Counted from the stretch's first letter, positions 1 to 12,548 are shown. The stretch is 64,000 nucleotides of DNA from Heptranchias perlo (GCF_035084215.1 NC_090349.1:21266001-21330000), one strand, 5' to 3'. Translations and numbers: made by a program. Notes: a model not told the origin generated them from the sequence alone.

Positions 1-1225
1 TCATTCATTGCACCGAATACACATTTCCAAAAGACAGCTGCTTTAATCCTTTACCAGGCTTGAAAAATTGGATATCTTTCCTTTCAAATACAGTACAAAA
101 ACAGGACAGGGGGAATTTTTACAAGTTTTTTTATAAAGCAGAATTTCTAGAAATTTACAAGACTGCAGAACACTCTAATCCTAACTCTGTATTCCTTGCA
201 TAAGCCCATGCAACACTGTTAATTAAAAATCTAAATAAAAAAGGATGAATCTATCTAATTATGACTCGAACAAATGTAAACGTAACACATACCATTTGTC
301 TCAAATTCCCAAATGTATGAAGAGCTTTCCAAAGGACTGTCACTAAATTCAGCAGGGCGGACACAAGTTATATCTGTATGTTGCATTGTTGCAGAAGTGA
401 AAACAAGCTGCCTTGTACTTCGTTTTTATGAAGTATCACAACTACAGCCCAAGTTATCTGATTCCACAATGTACGTATCAGAGTCAGGTGATCACACTAA
501 AGAGTAAACGCCTTTTCTTGTTCACTGATCTGTACACGCGGTTAATTTAGCTACTTGAATGAAATCTCCTTCAACCTGTTAAACGGTTAAAACCACTTGT
601 ACTGCCAGTTGCACCACAGTAGTCTAGCAATGTGAAAAGATCAATGTAATGTGCTGAATCATATAATTTCAGCTGCACAGTAGAGTGCAAACTCTGCTGG
701 TACAGTATAAATGGTTTCCAGAACAGCATGTTTAACAAGAAAGGACTTTAGATCGTTACGTGACAAACAGGAAATATTTTTATGCACAAGTTACTAATCC
801 ATAAAATGCTACTTCCGAGTGGTAAGCAATTTGGTTTATTCAACGGGTAGGGGTTAAGCAAGTGAAGACAGTAGCAACATCAGTATCGCAGTCAGAAAAT
901 AGAAATGTGTGTCCGGTGGTGTAATAGTGAACACTATAAAGAGTGTTTTTAAATTTTAACTTTAGCAGCCATCATTTTTTTGGTATTTGTAAATCAAAAG
1001 CTGAAATCCCACAAAGCATACATTAGAGCTGCGCAGCTAAGCACGCGTTCGTCAAAAGGATTTTTTTTCTGGATAGTCAAAGGCAGCTCTAACCCCCCAC
1101 ATTGATTCCCAATTTTAAGCATTCGTTAATAGTACAACCCACCAGAAAATCCTGCTACAAGAAAAGTGCAAACTGTACATCTGAAGTGACCTGAAACATA
1201 ATACGACTGAAATGTGCAAACAAAT

Positions 1226-1512
1226 GTGCAACGTTGTACCGTTATTTAAAAATGGAGAAAGGGATAGACTGAATAATTACAGACCAGTCAGCCTAACCTC
1301 AGTGGTAGGCGAATTATTGGAAACAATTCTGAGGGACAGTATGAATAGTCATTTAGAAAGGCACGGATTAATCAAGGACAGTCAGCATGGATTTGTCTGA
1401 TTAACTTGAATGAATTTTTTGAGGAGGTAACAAGGAGGGTCAATGAGGGTAGCGCATTTGATGTAGTCTACATGGATTTTAGCAAGGCTTTTGACAAAGT
1501 CCACAGGGCAGA
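1226..1512 (+). mobile_element. CR1-type LINE reverse transcriptase fragment
   Basis: NVVPLFK..NYRPVSLTSVVG..SQHGF and YMDFSKAFDKV motifs, disrupted. Confidence 0.85.
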
Positions 1513-2150
1513 CTGGTCTTTCACCAGCCACACTGCCCCATTGTTCATGCCTTCTCCTCAAACTAGGTAGACCGCTAAATTTTTCACTAGCCCTAGCACA
1601 GAAGCAAATGCCATTCATCAAAAGAAAGAGAAATTACAACCCAAAGAGACATTAGGGAAAGTAGTCCAACTGGTATACAACCCCAAATGACAGCAGGCAT
1701 GTTATATCGCCCCCTGTTGGCTTCTAGGCAAAAGTTAAGGAAACCCTTCAGAAATTAAAGGTCAACAGATAATTATTGATGGTTTCCCTGGCTTGATATG
1801 AAGCCAAAGCCTCTTGGGCCAACAGGAATTCTGAAAGCATAGTCCCATTTGGAAAAAGGGATCTTTTTTGTCTCATTTTAAAATGGCCCACCCAGTTCAT
1901 AAGCACTACCATGACAAAGAACCTATTCCCACAACTTATACCACCCAGTCCAGATTACTTTACTTTGTAAATAATAGCTATTTAGAAAACTTTACTCTGT
2001 CATATAAGGGGTGCAGGCCTTCAATAACTCCTCACTGAAGTTTTTGTTAAATGCACCCTTCACATTTAAAGGGGTCCGTTTCACTCATCCTTCCATAGAA
2101 AGCTATGGTTCCCTATCACAGGCACTGATCACTTTGCATGCAAAAATGCT

Positions 2151-3030
2151 TCATAAGAACATAAGAACATAAGAAATTGGAGCAGGAGTAGGCCAATCGG
2201 CCCCTCGAGCCTGCTCCGCCATTCAATAAGATCATGGCTGATCTGATCCCAACCACAAATCTAAAGAACACAAGAAGTCGGAGCAGGACCCGGCCACATA
2301 GCCCCTGGGCCCTCTCCGCCACCCACAGGGCATTGACCGATCCGAACTCAGCTTCATGTCCAATTTCCTGCCCGCTCCCCATAACCCCTAATTCCCTTTA
2401 CTTCTAGGAAACTGTCTATTTCTGTTTTAAATTTATCTAATGATGTAGCTTCCACAGCTTCCTGGGGCAGCAAATTCCACAGACCTACCACCCTCTGAGT
2501 GAAGAAGTTTCTCCTCATCTCAGTTTTGAAAGAGCAGCCCCTTATTCTAAGATTATGCCCCCTAGTTCTAGTTTCACCCATCTTTGGGAACATCCTTACT
2601 GCATCCACCCGATCAAGACCCTTCACAATCTTATATGTTTCAATAAGATCGCCTCTCATTCTTCTGAACTCCAATGAGTAGAGTCCCAATCTACTCAACC
2701 TCTCCTCATATGTCCGCCCCCTCATCCCCGGGATTAACCGAGTGAACCTTCTTTGTACTGCCTCGAGAGCAAGTATGTCTTTTCTTAAGTATGGACACCA
2801 AAACTGTATGCAGTATTCCAGGTGCGGTCTCACCAATACCTTATATAACTGCAGCAATACCTCCTTGTTTTTATATTCTATCCCCCTAGCAATAAAAGCC
2901 AACATTCCGTTGGCTTTCTTGATCACCTGCTGCACCTGCATACCAACTTTTTGATTTTCTTGCACTAGGACCCCCAGATCCCTTTGTACTGCAGTACTTT
3001 CCAGTCTCTCGCCATTAAGAAAATAACTTG
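2151..3030 (-). mobile_element. Young 5'-truncated CR1 LINE with (TTCTTATG)n tail, inserted into an older CR1 relic (about 1880-2100 and 3030-3500)
   Basis: Intact ORF2 C-terminus (RPHLEYCIQFW, RRMRGDLIE, RRNFFTQRVV) and CATAAGAA repeats at 2152-2177. Confidence 0.92.
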
Positions 3031-3549
3031 CTTCATCAGTCCGGAACTTGCCTTTTACCAGTTTATAATTATACCTATCCCTTGTTCTGCACTCTCGGTT
3101 TAACTTAAAATTGTGCTCCAGATTTTCCTTTCCTATTCTGCTCAATATCTTAAAAACGTCCAAATGATCCCCTCTCATTCACTTTGAAGGTTCACTAGTC
3201 CTGAGTTTTTCAAGCTTGTCCTCATAATTCAATGCTCTGGCACTAAGGATCAGCCTCACAGACTTTCTCTGCATCTCTTCAAGGGCTTTGAAATTTCCTT
3301 TGTATCTTGTTAATTAGAACCAAATGCAACACCCCAGATGTGGTTTGACCAGAGTACCATACAGTTTCAACTTGATGCCTCAGTCATATTTTACTGATTT
3401 GGCAATTTATCTCAGTTTTATTGATTCATCAAGTCTGTCTGTCTCCCAATTCTTTCCTCCAATCTGCACTTCTTTGCACTCTCTGTATTGAATTTCACCT
3501 GGAATAGTTCTGACCATTTGCTATTCAGTATTAAAACAGAAACTAGCAA

Positions 3550-3860
3550 TAGAAGGGCCTTTCACCACTGGAATCTGGTTCAATCCAAGCCCAGACTGAT
3601 AGAACAAAGGTCATCTCTGTCTGCAGGTAGTACGGTTCCTGCGCAAAATGAGACTGAGCACTCTTAATCCAGTTCCTAGAAGATAGGGCCAAAGCTGACA
3701 CTAATTGGCAATTTCACTTAGGGAGGCAACAGTTTGGCTGGTGTTAGAGATGGAAAAGAGGTTGGGAGTAAGTACAGGAAGCTTTACTCTGCATCGACCC
3801 ATGTTATACCTGACACTGGAATTCTTGATGTAGGTGTCTTGACCAGCACAAAATTCACAT
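3550..3860 (+). mobile_element. LF-SINE-like ancient tRNA-derived SINE
   Basis: Colinear blocks GCCTTTCACC, GGTTCAATCCAAGCCCAG, AAATGAG, TCCAGTTCCTAG and CACTAATTGGCA match the LF-SINE consensus as recalled. Confidence 0.6.
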
Positions 3861-4609
3861 GAATGTAAATACAATGGAGGAACGATTGTTTTAATAAGCA
3901 AAAATTTCTGTGATGGTGCCAGAGATTTTTTTTTTAAGAGGCGGTGATAGATTTTCACACTAATAAAGAGTGATTTCTGAAGTAAGATTAACAACACCTG
4001 AAGATTTTAAGCTGCAATGAAAGCAATCTGCTAAATGACAGTCCACCACAAGTTTACTGCAAAGTAGAGCGAGTACAGGGTACTTATGCATACTTTGATA
4101 AAATTATACAGGATAATCTACCTACTTTTACATACACACTCCAAACTTTGAGGAAGTCACCTTCTATTCAGAGATGATTAATCTGTCAGAATTCATGATT
4201 CATTCCGCAATTTAGATGCTATTCAAAGCTGAATGCGTGTTACAACAAGCATAATTAATTCACTGATAAACACCTTATACTGTTAGGACTTAATATAAAC
4301 CATGTTGAAATGGGAAAAAAGAGTGACATAGCAAAAGAACTGACTGGAATTTGTAATTACTTTATTCAGAGTTTTTCATGGTTACCAGTATGTTTGATAC
4401 CAGTATGTTACCGTATCAAGAATTCCATTAGCAACACTGATCAAACTATGAGCAGAGAAATCGTTATGACCACCACACGTTTGCAAATTTAAAACAAAAT
4501 CTGTTGCAGTAAACCAAATACTTTTTATTTACCATCCAGCACAGAACACATTTTACCCTGCAAAGTTTTGAGGTTTATCAAATATAAATGGCACTAATAA
4601 TCATAGCAC

Positions 4610-5358
4610 ACACAAACTCCATTCCCTAGCCTCCAATTCCATCCCCCTCCCTGACCACGGTCTTAGGCTGAACCAGTCTGTTCGTAACCTTGGCGTCCTA
4701 TTTGACCCTGAGCGGACTCCATGTCCTCTCCATTCACAAAGACTGCCTACTTCCATCTCCGTAACATCGCCTGTCTCTGTCCATCTGCTGCTTGCCTTTG
4801 TTACCTCCAGACTCAACTATTCCTATGCTTTCCTGGGCAGCCTTCCATCTTCCACCCTCCATAAACTTGAGCTCATCCAAAACTGCTGCCCTCATCCTAA
4901 CCCGAACCAAGTCCCATTCATCCAACACCCCTCTGCGTGCTGACCAACACTGGCTCCCAGTTCACCAATGCCTCAATTTTGAAATTCTCATCCTCATGTT
5001 CAAATTCTTCCATGGCCTCGTCCTTCCCTATCTCTGTAACCTCCTCCAGTTCTACAATCCTCTGTGAACTCTGCGTTTCTCCAACTCTGGCGTTTTGAGC
5101 ATCAACCCACTTCCTTCGCCCCACCATTGGCAGGTGTGCCGTAAGCTGTCGAAGCCCTAAGCTCTGGAATTCCCTCCCTAAACCTATATCTCTTTTTCCT
5201 CCTTCAAGAAGCTCCTTAGAACCTACATCTTTGACCAGGCTTTTAATCACCCATCCTAATATCTCCTTCTTTTGCTCAATATAATTTTTGTCTGATTACG
5301 CTCGAAGTGCCGTGGGACATTTTAATACATTAAATACGCTATATAAATGCATGTTGTT
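4610..5358 (+). mobile_element. L2-clade LINE 3' fragment
   Basis: HWLPV..FKILIL-type ORF2 C-terminus and the tail CGCTATATAAATGCA-TGTTGTT. Confidence 0.88.
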
Positions 5359-5727
5359 ACTCTGCGCTCAGAACATCACGTTACAAATTGAATACTATAA
5401 TTTTTAAACCATAAACAGAAGCCACCTTTGTGATGTCGAACAATACATGTGAAAATATACTTTTGATTTTTCTAATACAACACTAATCTTCTGGAAAGGG
5501 CTGCTCACATTAGGAATATGACTGACAGTCCATTCAGGCGGAGGAAGTTGGGAGTGAATTTGGTCTGTTCTCAGTTGTGTTGCTAGATGCGGCAGTCTGT
5601 TGTGCAAAACACTCTCTCAGGTGTGGGGTAAGCAAACTTGGTCAGCTCATCATGCAGAACGCACACCTACAACAGCCAGCTAGAGCGACACAGAAAGAAG
5701 CCACAGTCTGTGCAAACCTAATTGTTT

Positions 5728-7575
5728 CACATAGAATCATAGAAAGGTTACAGCACAGGCCATTCGGCCCATCGAGTCCGCGCTTGCTCTATGTACGAGC
5801 AATCCAGCTAGTCCCACTCCCCCGCCCTATCCCCGTAGCCCTGCACATTTTTTCGTTTCAAGTACTTATCCAGTTCCCTTTTGAAGGCCATAATTGAATC
5901 TGCCTCCACCACTCTCTTGGGCAGTGCATTCCAGATCCCAACCATTCGCTGCATAAAAACGTTTTTTCTCATGTCACCTTTGGTTCTTTTGCCAATCACC
6001 TTAAATCTATGCCCTTTTGTTCTTGACCCTTCTGCCAATGGGAACAGTTTCTCTTTACCTACACTGTCTAGACCCTCCATGATTTTGAATACCTCTATCA
6101 AATCTCCTCTCAACCTTTTCTGTTCCAAGGAGAACAATCCCAGCTTCTCCAGTCCATCATCCCTGGTATCATTCTAGTAAATCTCCTCTGCACCCTCTCC
6201 AAGGCCTTCACATGCTTCCTAAAGTGCAGTGCACAGAACTGGACACAGTTCTCCAGTTGTGGGCGAACCAGTGTTTTATAAAGGTTCATCATGACTTCCT
6301 TGCTTTTGTATGCCATGCCTCTATTTAGAAAGGAAGGGCCCCGTATGCTTTTTTAACCGCTTTCTCAACATAGGAACAGGAGTAGGCCATTCAGCCAATC
6401 GTGCCTGCTCCGCCATTTGATAAGATCATGGCTGATCTGTGATCTAACTCCATATACCTGCCTTTGGCCCATATCCCTTAATACCTTTGGTTGCCAAAAA
6501 GCTATCCATCTCAGATTTAAATTTAGCAATTGAGCTAGTATCAATTGCCGTTTGCGGAAGAGAGTTCAAAACTTCTACAACCCTTTGTGTGTAGAAATGT
6601 TTTCTAATCTCGCTCCTGAAAGGTCTGGCTCTAATTTTTAGACTGTGCCCCCTACTCCTAGAATCCCTAACCAGCGGAAATAGTTTCTCTCTATCCACCC
6701 TATCTGTTCCCCTTAATATCTTATAAACTTTGATCAGATCACCCCTTAACCTTCTAAACTCTAGAGAATACAACCCCAATTTGTGTAATCTCTCCTCGTA
6801 ACTTAACCCTTGAAGTCCGGGTATCATTCTAGTAAACCTACGCTGCACTCCCTCCAAGGCCAATATGTCCTTCCGAAGGTGCAGTGCCCAGAACTGCTCA
6901 CAGTAGTGCGGTCTAACCAGGGTCTTGTATAGCTGCAGCATAACTTCTGCCCCCTTGTACTCTAGATATAAAGGCCAGCATTCCATTAGCCTTCTTGATT
7001 ATTTTCTGCATCAGTTCATGCCCTGCCACCTTCATCAATTTGTGCACATATACCCCCAGATCCCTCTGTTCCTTTACCCCTTTTAGAATTGTGCCCTTTA
7101 GTTTATTTGCCTCTCCTCATTTTTCCTATCGAAATGCATCACCTCACATTTTTCCTCATTAAAAGTCATCTACCATGTGTCCACCCATGCCGTAAGCGTG
7201 TCTATATCTTCTTGAAGTCTATCACTATCCTCCTCACCCCTCCAAGTTTTGTGTAATCTGCAAATTTTGAAATTGTGCCCTGTACTCCCAAGCCCATGTC
7301 ATTAATATATATCAAGAAAAGCAGTGGTCCCAGCACCGACTCCTGGGGAATACCACTGCACACCTCCCTCCAGTCCGAAAAACAACCATTCATCACCGCT
7401 CTCCGTTTCCAATTCTGTATCCGTGTTGTTATTGCCCCCTTTATTCCATGGGCCGTGGTCTTAATAGCAAGTCTACCATGTGGCACTTTATCAAATGCTT
7501 TTTGAAAATCCATATACACCACATCAACTGCATTGCCCTCATCTACCCTCTCTGTTACCTCATCCAAAAACTCTA
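5728..7575 (-). mobile_element. CR1 LINE fragment (5728-6368 and 7020-7575) interrupted by a younger CR1 (6369-7019)
   Basis: Outer RT motifs (DFQKAFDKV, PQESVLGP, FADYTK) resume after the inner copy, which has its own 3' end at 6369. Confidence 0.88.
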
Positions 7576-9559
7576 TTAAGGAAAGAAAATCCACACAACA
7601 GATAAGAAATAATCACTATGCTCAAATTAGAAAGAAATATTTGTTTATTCCTGTAAATATAAAACAGTAATTTCTGGGGGAGTTTTCCCAGTTGATCAGC
7701 AAATTGGAATATTTTGAAATGAATTCACTTTTCCTCATGTTTCTTTCATTCATACGACATTGTGTGGCTTTCTGTTTTCCTGTCATCACTTTTATTTCAA
7801 GTGTTTTGTTGTGCAGAAGGGATGTGGAGTGGTTGAGGCCTGATATCAGGTGACAGGTTGTTTGACAGCTTAGTTAGCTGGGGAAGAGATGGTGATGGAA
7901 TGAGAGAGGAAGATTGAAGGAAGAGGTTAGGAGAGAAAGGGGCATGGGGAAGTTAGAGAGGTTGGAAGGTAATAGTGTATGGTATTAGTAAACATATACA
8001 GGTATCTGTGAAGTACGTTTTAGGGCATGCTACAGTACACTAGGCATGTCTACTAATGTTATAATATATAATTCTCCTGTTCCCACAGTTTCTTTCAGCT
8101 GATTGAATTTAGCCTGCAGCTGTTTTTGACCTCGCCCTTGTATTGCTAAGTAACAAAATTGTAATCAATATAATTTACAACATCACGGTGTCCTTGCTTA
8201 TATATCAGATCAAACATTCCCATGGATACAGGATAGGGGAGGGAAAGAGTTAGATAAATATTTGTCACCCTTTACAGCCTGTGGATTAGCTTTTATTTAT
8301 GTAGAGGATATTCCGTGGCTTGTTCCTTCCATCAGCAAAGCTAACCAAATAACTCAAACAGAGAAATCACATGCAAGTTCTGGTTAGCCATACCATAGAA
8401 ATAATATTCAAATACGATGCAGTATACTGAATATCTTTTGTTTAGCCACTTAGTACAGGTTACATTTTTGCCCACAAGCTTTTAAGGTTCATCAGGTAGA
8501 ATTCATTAATCCAAATTGAAAAGTAATACCACAACACTATCATCAGGGAGATCCTATTTGTATACAATAAGGCTAATTCTATCCTTGTAAAAAAAGAATA
8601 CTAAAACATAGTTTACTGGGATCATGACTATAATTCGCAAGAAATGAAAAGGGAGAAGGGAATCGTATTTTTTAACGGCACAAAACGTGGGCGAGTAACT
8701 TTAGAGTACAATGCCTGCGTCTCAGGTTTTGTACCCAAATGATACAGTGAATTCACTATTGTGTACATTTTACATAATAAAATTGAGTTACCCCAGCAGA
8801 ATAGGAAAAAAAAGTAAAGCAGTATTCTTCAACCAACTCATCTGCTGTAAATATATATTACTCTTATATATTCACTTGCACATCTACTGTTGAATAAATT
8901 CACTTGATAGTTAAAAGTTTGAAATGAGGTCTGCTGTTGAGATGCTCTACCACAATGCAACAATGTGCAAAAGGTTCCATATAGAGGTACAAGATCAATT
9001 GTAGCTAAAACATTTTACAGAAGGGTTTACTGTGTCTCATTCTGGGCTTGCGATCAGAAATTTACCTACTTACCAGAGCCAATGAAGATACTCTTGGCAC
9101 CATAGGGAGCTGAGAATTACTTGTGAGAGTAATCTAAAATACAGAAGCTTAAATGTTTAGAATAAGAGGGGCAGAAAAAACCTCAAGTGTAATCGTGATG
9201 GGAACATGGTGGGATTGATAGTGAAAGTTTCATGGTGGGATTGATAGTGAAAGTTTCAAACAAGCAGAATTATAATGTATTACAGTAGTACTAAAAAGGT
9301 GAAGAAAAGTTTTCAGAAAGAGATACGCAAAGAGTTAGAATTAGCTCATATACGTACTGAGGAAAAACAAAAAGAATTAAAGTTCCAGCCATGGTGTTAA
9401 AAACTGAAGAGGCCAATGGACAAAATGGAAGCAAAAGAGAAAGAATGTGGTAGAGGCAAAAAGAAAAACTGACACAGATGGGAAGCAGACACTACTAAAA
9501 TAGGAGGCATGGTACATAATTCTGAGGAACAAAATACGCTGCAAGGGCATATAGATAAG

Positions 9560-10345
9560 ATGGTGGAATAAAAGGTCGAAGATGGGATTCAATGTCAGTA
9601 AATTCGAGGTGGTCATTTTGTTAAAAAAAGTACTAATTATATTTTAAATGGGGGAAAAGCTGGGTGATGTGGAAGAGCTGAGGGATTTAGGGGTTCAAGT
9701 TCACAAGACATTAATAACAGCACCTTAAGTGGATACGGTGGTTTAAAAAAAAGCTAACAGAATACTTGGTTTTATGGCAAGATCTTTAGAATATAAGAGT
9801 TGAGATGTAATGGTGAATCTATATAACACCATAGTAAGACCACAGCTGGAGTACTGTGTGCAGTGTGCGGTTTTGGACTCCATGCTACAGGAAGGATGTT
9901 GAGGCAATAGAGAAGGTACAGCGTAGATTCACCAGGATGCTGCCTGGTGTGAGGAAATATAAATACAGAAAAAAATCTTGAAAAACTGAGGCTGCTTTTG
10001 TTGGAACAGAGGAAATTAAGGGGTGATTTGATAGAGGTGTTTAAATTATGACGTGATGGGCCAGAGTCGATAAGAAACAGACGGTTTCTAGTGGTTGAGG
10101 GGTCTAGATACAAGTATAATACAAGAGATGTAAGACAGAGCAGGAGAAACTTTTTCACATAAAGGGTTGTGAGGCTGTGTAATGCACTAATGGAGTTACT
10201 GATAGAGGCAGAGACTGTGTCAACATTTAAGAATAGATAGATGGTTGAAGGAAAGGAGAATAAAGAGATATAGGAACAGAACTTCTGCCTGCATATCAAC
10301 ATGGACTGGTTGGGTTGAATAGCCTGTTTCCATGTTGTAATTTCT
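9560..10345 (+). mobile_element. Old, degraded CR1 3' fragment
   Basis: Degenerate AGACCACAGCTGGAGTACTGTGTGCAG and GGGGTGATTTGATAGAGGTGTTT blocks, with a 3' GAATAGCCTGTTTCCATGTTGTAA end. Confidence 0.75.
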
Positions 10346-12011
10346 ACGCAAATTCAATACAAATTGCAGCATCTTAGTACTCCTGGTATATGATCTAGCA
10401 CACAAACTTCAAAGACAGAATGATGAAAAGTTTGCTACGGGTTTATTTTAATATAAAGGAAATTGCACAATAAGTATTAAATGCATAGCTCAGTGTGATT
10501 ACGGATTGAAACAAACATTTTGATTAACTGAAGATTGTTAGCTACAGGAGGTAGTTTGCTGAAAAAAAAATATTTTGCAGTAAAGCTATTTCTCACAGCA
10601 GAACAAAGATTACTAAAAGCCATACGCCTAATTAATCGCTTAAACTGGAACAATACCAATGATAAATTACTCCCCAATGTGTGTTTTGAAATAAAAGTCA
10701 GACTTCAGTTATTTTGGCTAGGTATAATTGTTCAGCTGTTGATCTTAAGATTGCCATTTTTTACATTTTGAGTCAGCTGGGAGGAGGGTGAAAGAGGTGG
10801 AATAAGAACGAGAACTGTCACTGGACCATTGTCATATGCCTGCAACTGGCCACTTCTAGGGTGCCACTGCCAGAGCTTCAGAGGAGGTTAACCACATGCA
10901 GGTTGTGTGCTGTTGAACAGGACCTGCATTTGGGGGAGGGGTAGAAATGATTAACAATCATGTTATTAAATAAAGTGGCATAAAGTTTGATAACTGAAAG
11001 AAACTTGACCAGGTTAGTACTGATAGTACAATAAAGCACCATTGAAACAATCAAATGAAATAATCGACAGTAAAGCTTGGGGAGTGGGAAAAGGGGATGC
11101 ATTTACTCCCTATGCCTTCTTGGAACTGAGCCATGACAGGGAGCTGTGACTGTGCATCGCACCCCTTTCCCTGGTAGGTTGACAGACACAGATTCACTAC
11201 CACACGTAGGATCAAAGATGTCTTTTTGGAGGATGTGGTAAGCATCCTGGCTGCATATCCTAAATACACGCCACCTGTAGTTTTCTTTAAAAGTCTATTG
11301 ATTACAAAATTACACAGTGCAGTCTCCTTGTTGTTGCTATGACATTATTGTGTTTACAGAGACATAATATAGATCCAGGTATGGTTTTCAAAATTACATT
11401 TTTTAAACAGGGATTTTTAGGTAAGGAAATTACTAATTAAATTAGTGAAGATATTATAAATTTACTGAAATGACAATTTGCTGTTTGTAAAGTTTGAAAT
11501 GTATAGTACATTACAAATCATGTCCATAAACACTGTTCTGAAATGCACTGATGATTCTCAGCTTGCTATAACTGAAACAGATCCATGAACTGATGACAAT
11601 TATGCCATAATTTCACATTAGCGACAATAGATTTGCAAATATTATGATTATACCATTTACACAAAATGTTAAAATGTTAACATCCTTACCAAAAAACTAT
11701 TTGCTTGAGCCATTCCTGAATCTCGGCCAGGCCCACCATCTTGAAACAATGATGGAACAAACTGCAGCTGTGCATTCCCACCCATCTGCAATTTGACCCG
11801 GTTTTCTAGGCAAGGCATTCACAATTGCCTCTGTCACAATATCTGACCTAGGCGCAGAACAGAGGAAGGCAGGACCCAAATGGGTTAAGCACTGTAATAG
11901 AAATTTAAAAATTGCAAGCTTTGTTTAAAAAAATAATTTTGATCTAACTATGCCTGTTGAGGGTAGTTTTTCAAACTTTTTTGTGACTATGGCAAGATAT
12001 ACCAGTGCAGT

Positions 12012-12548
12012 GGGTACGGTAGCATTGTGTTTATGTTACTGGACTGGTAATCCAGAGGCCCTGGAGTAATAATCCGGAGTCATGAGTTCAAATCTCGCCA
12101 CGGCAGCTGGGGAAATTAAATAAAAATCTGGAACTAAAATACTAGTATCAGTGTGGTGGCCATGAAACTACCGGATTGTTGTAAAAACCCATCTGGTTCA
12201 CTAATGTCCTTTAGGGGGGAGGAAACCTGCCGTCCTTACCCAGTCTGGCCTATATGTGACTCCAGACCCACAGCAATGTGGTTGATTCTTAATTGCCCTC
12301 TGAAATGGCCTAGCAAGCCACTCAATTGTAAATCTCGCTAAAAAAGTCATAAGAATAAAACCGGACGGACCACCCAGCATCGGACCACTAGGAACTCCCT
12401 TCCTAACAGCACTGTGGGAGAACTGTCACCACACGGACTGCAGCAGTTCAAGGCGGCGGCTCACCACCACCTTCTCAAGGGCAATTAGGGATGGACAATA
12501 AATGCCGGCCTCGCCAGCAATGCCCACATCCCATGAACGAATAAAAAA
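12012..12548 (+). mobile_element. tRNA-headed SINE whose 3' about 155 bp match the tail of the LINE at 48080-50572
   Basis: A-box-like GGTAGCATTGTG and B-box GAGTTCAAATC. The tail 12391-12548 is the reverse complement of about 48085-48243. Confidence 0.8.

Noticed and set aside
910-936. GTCCGGTGGTGTAATAGTGAACAC resembles a tRNA 5' half / A-box
   Set aside because: No T-arm/B-box or cloverleaf follows.
2354-3178. 274-aa ORF as a host gene
   Set aside because: It is a chance in-frame fusion of an old CR1 relic with a younger nested CR1 ORF2 C-terminus.
9074-9133. Minus-strand exon candidate with strong donor CTG|GTAAGT at 9073
   Set aside because: The 60-nt version has a stop in the TPCN1 phase. 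The 36-nt in-frame version needs a weak acceptor and shows no similarity to TPC1. Unsupported without RNA data.
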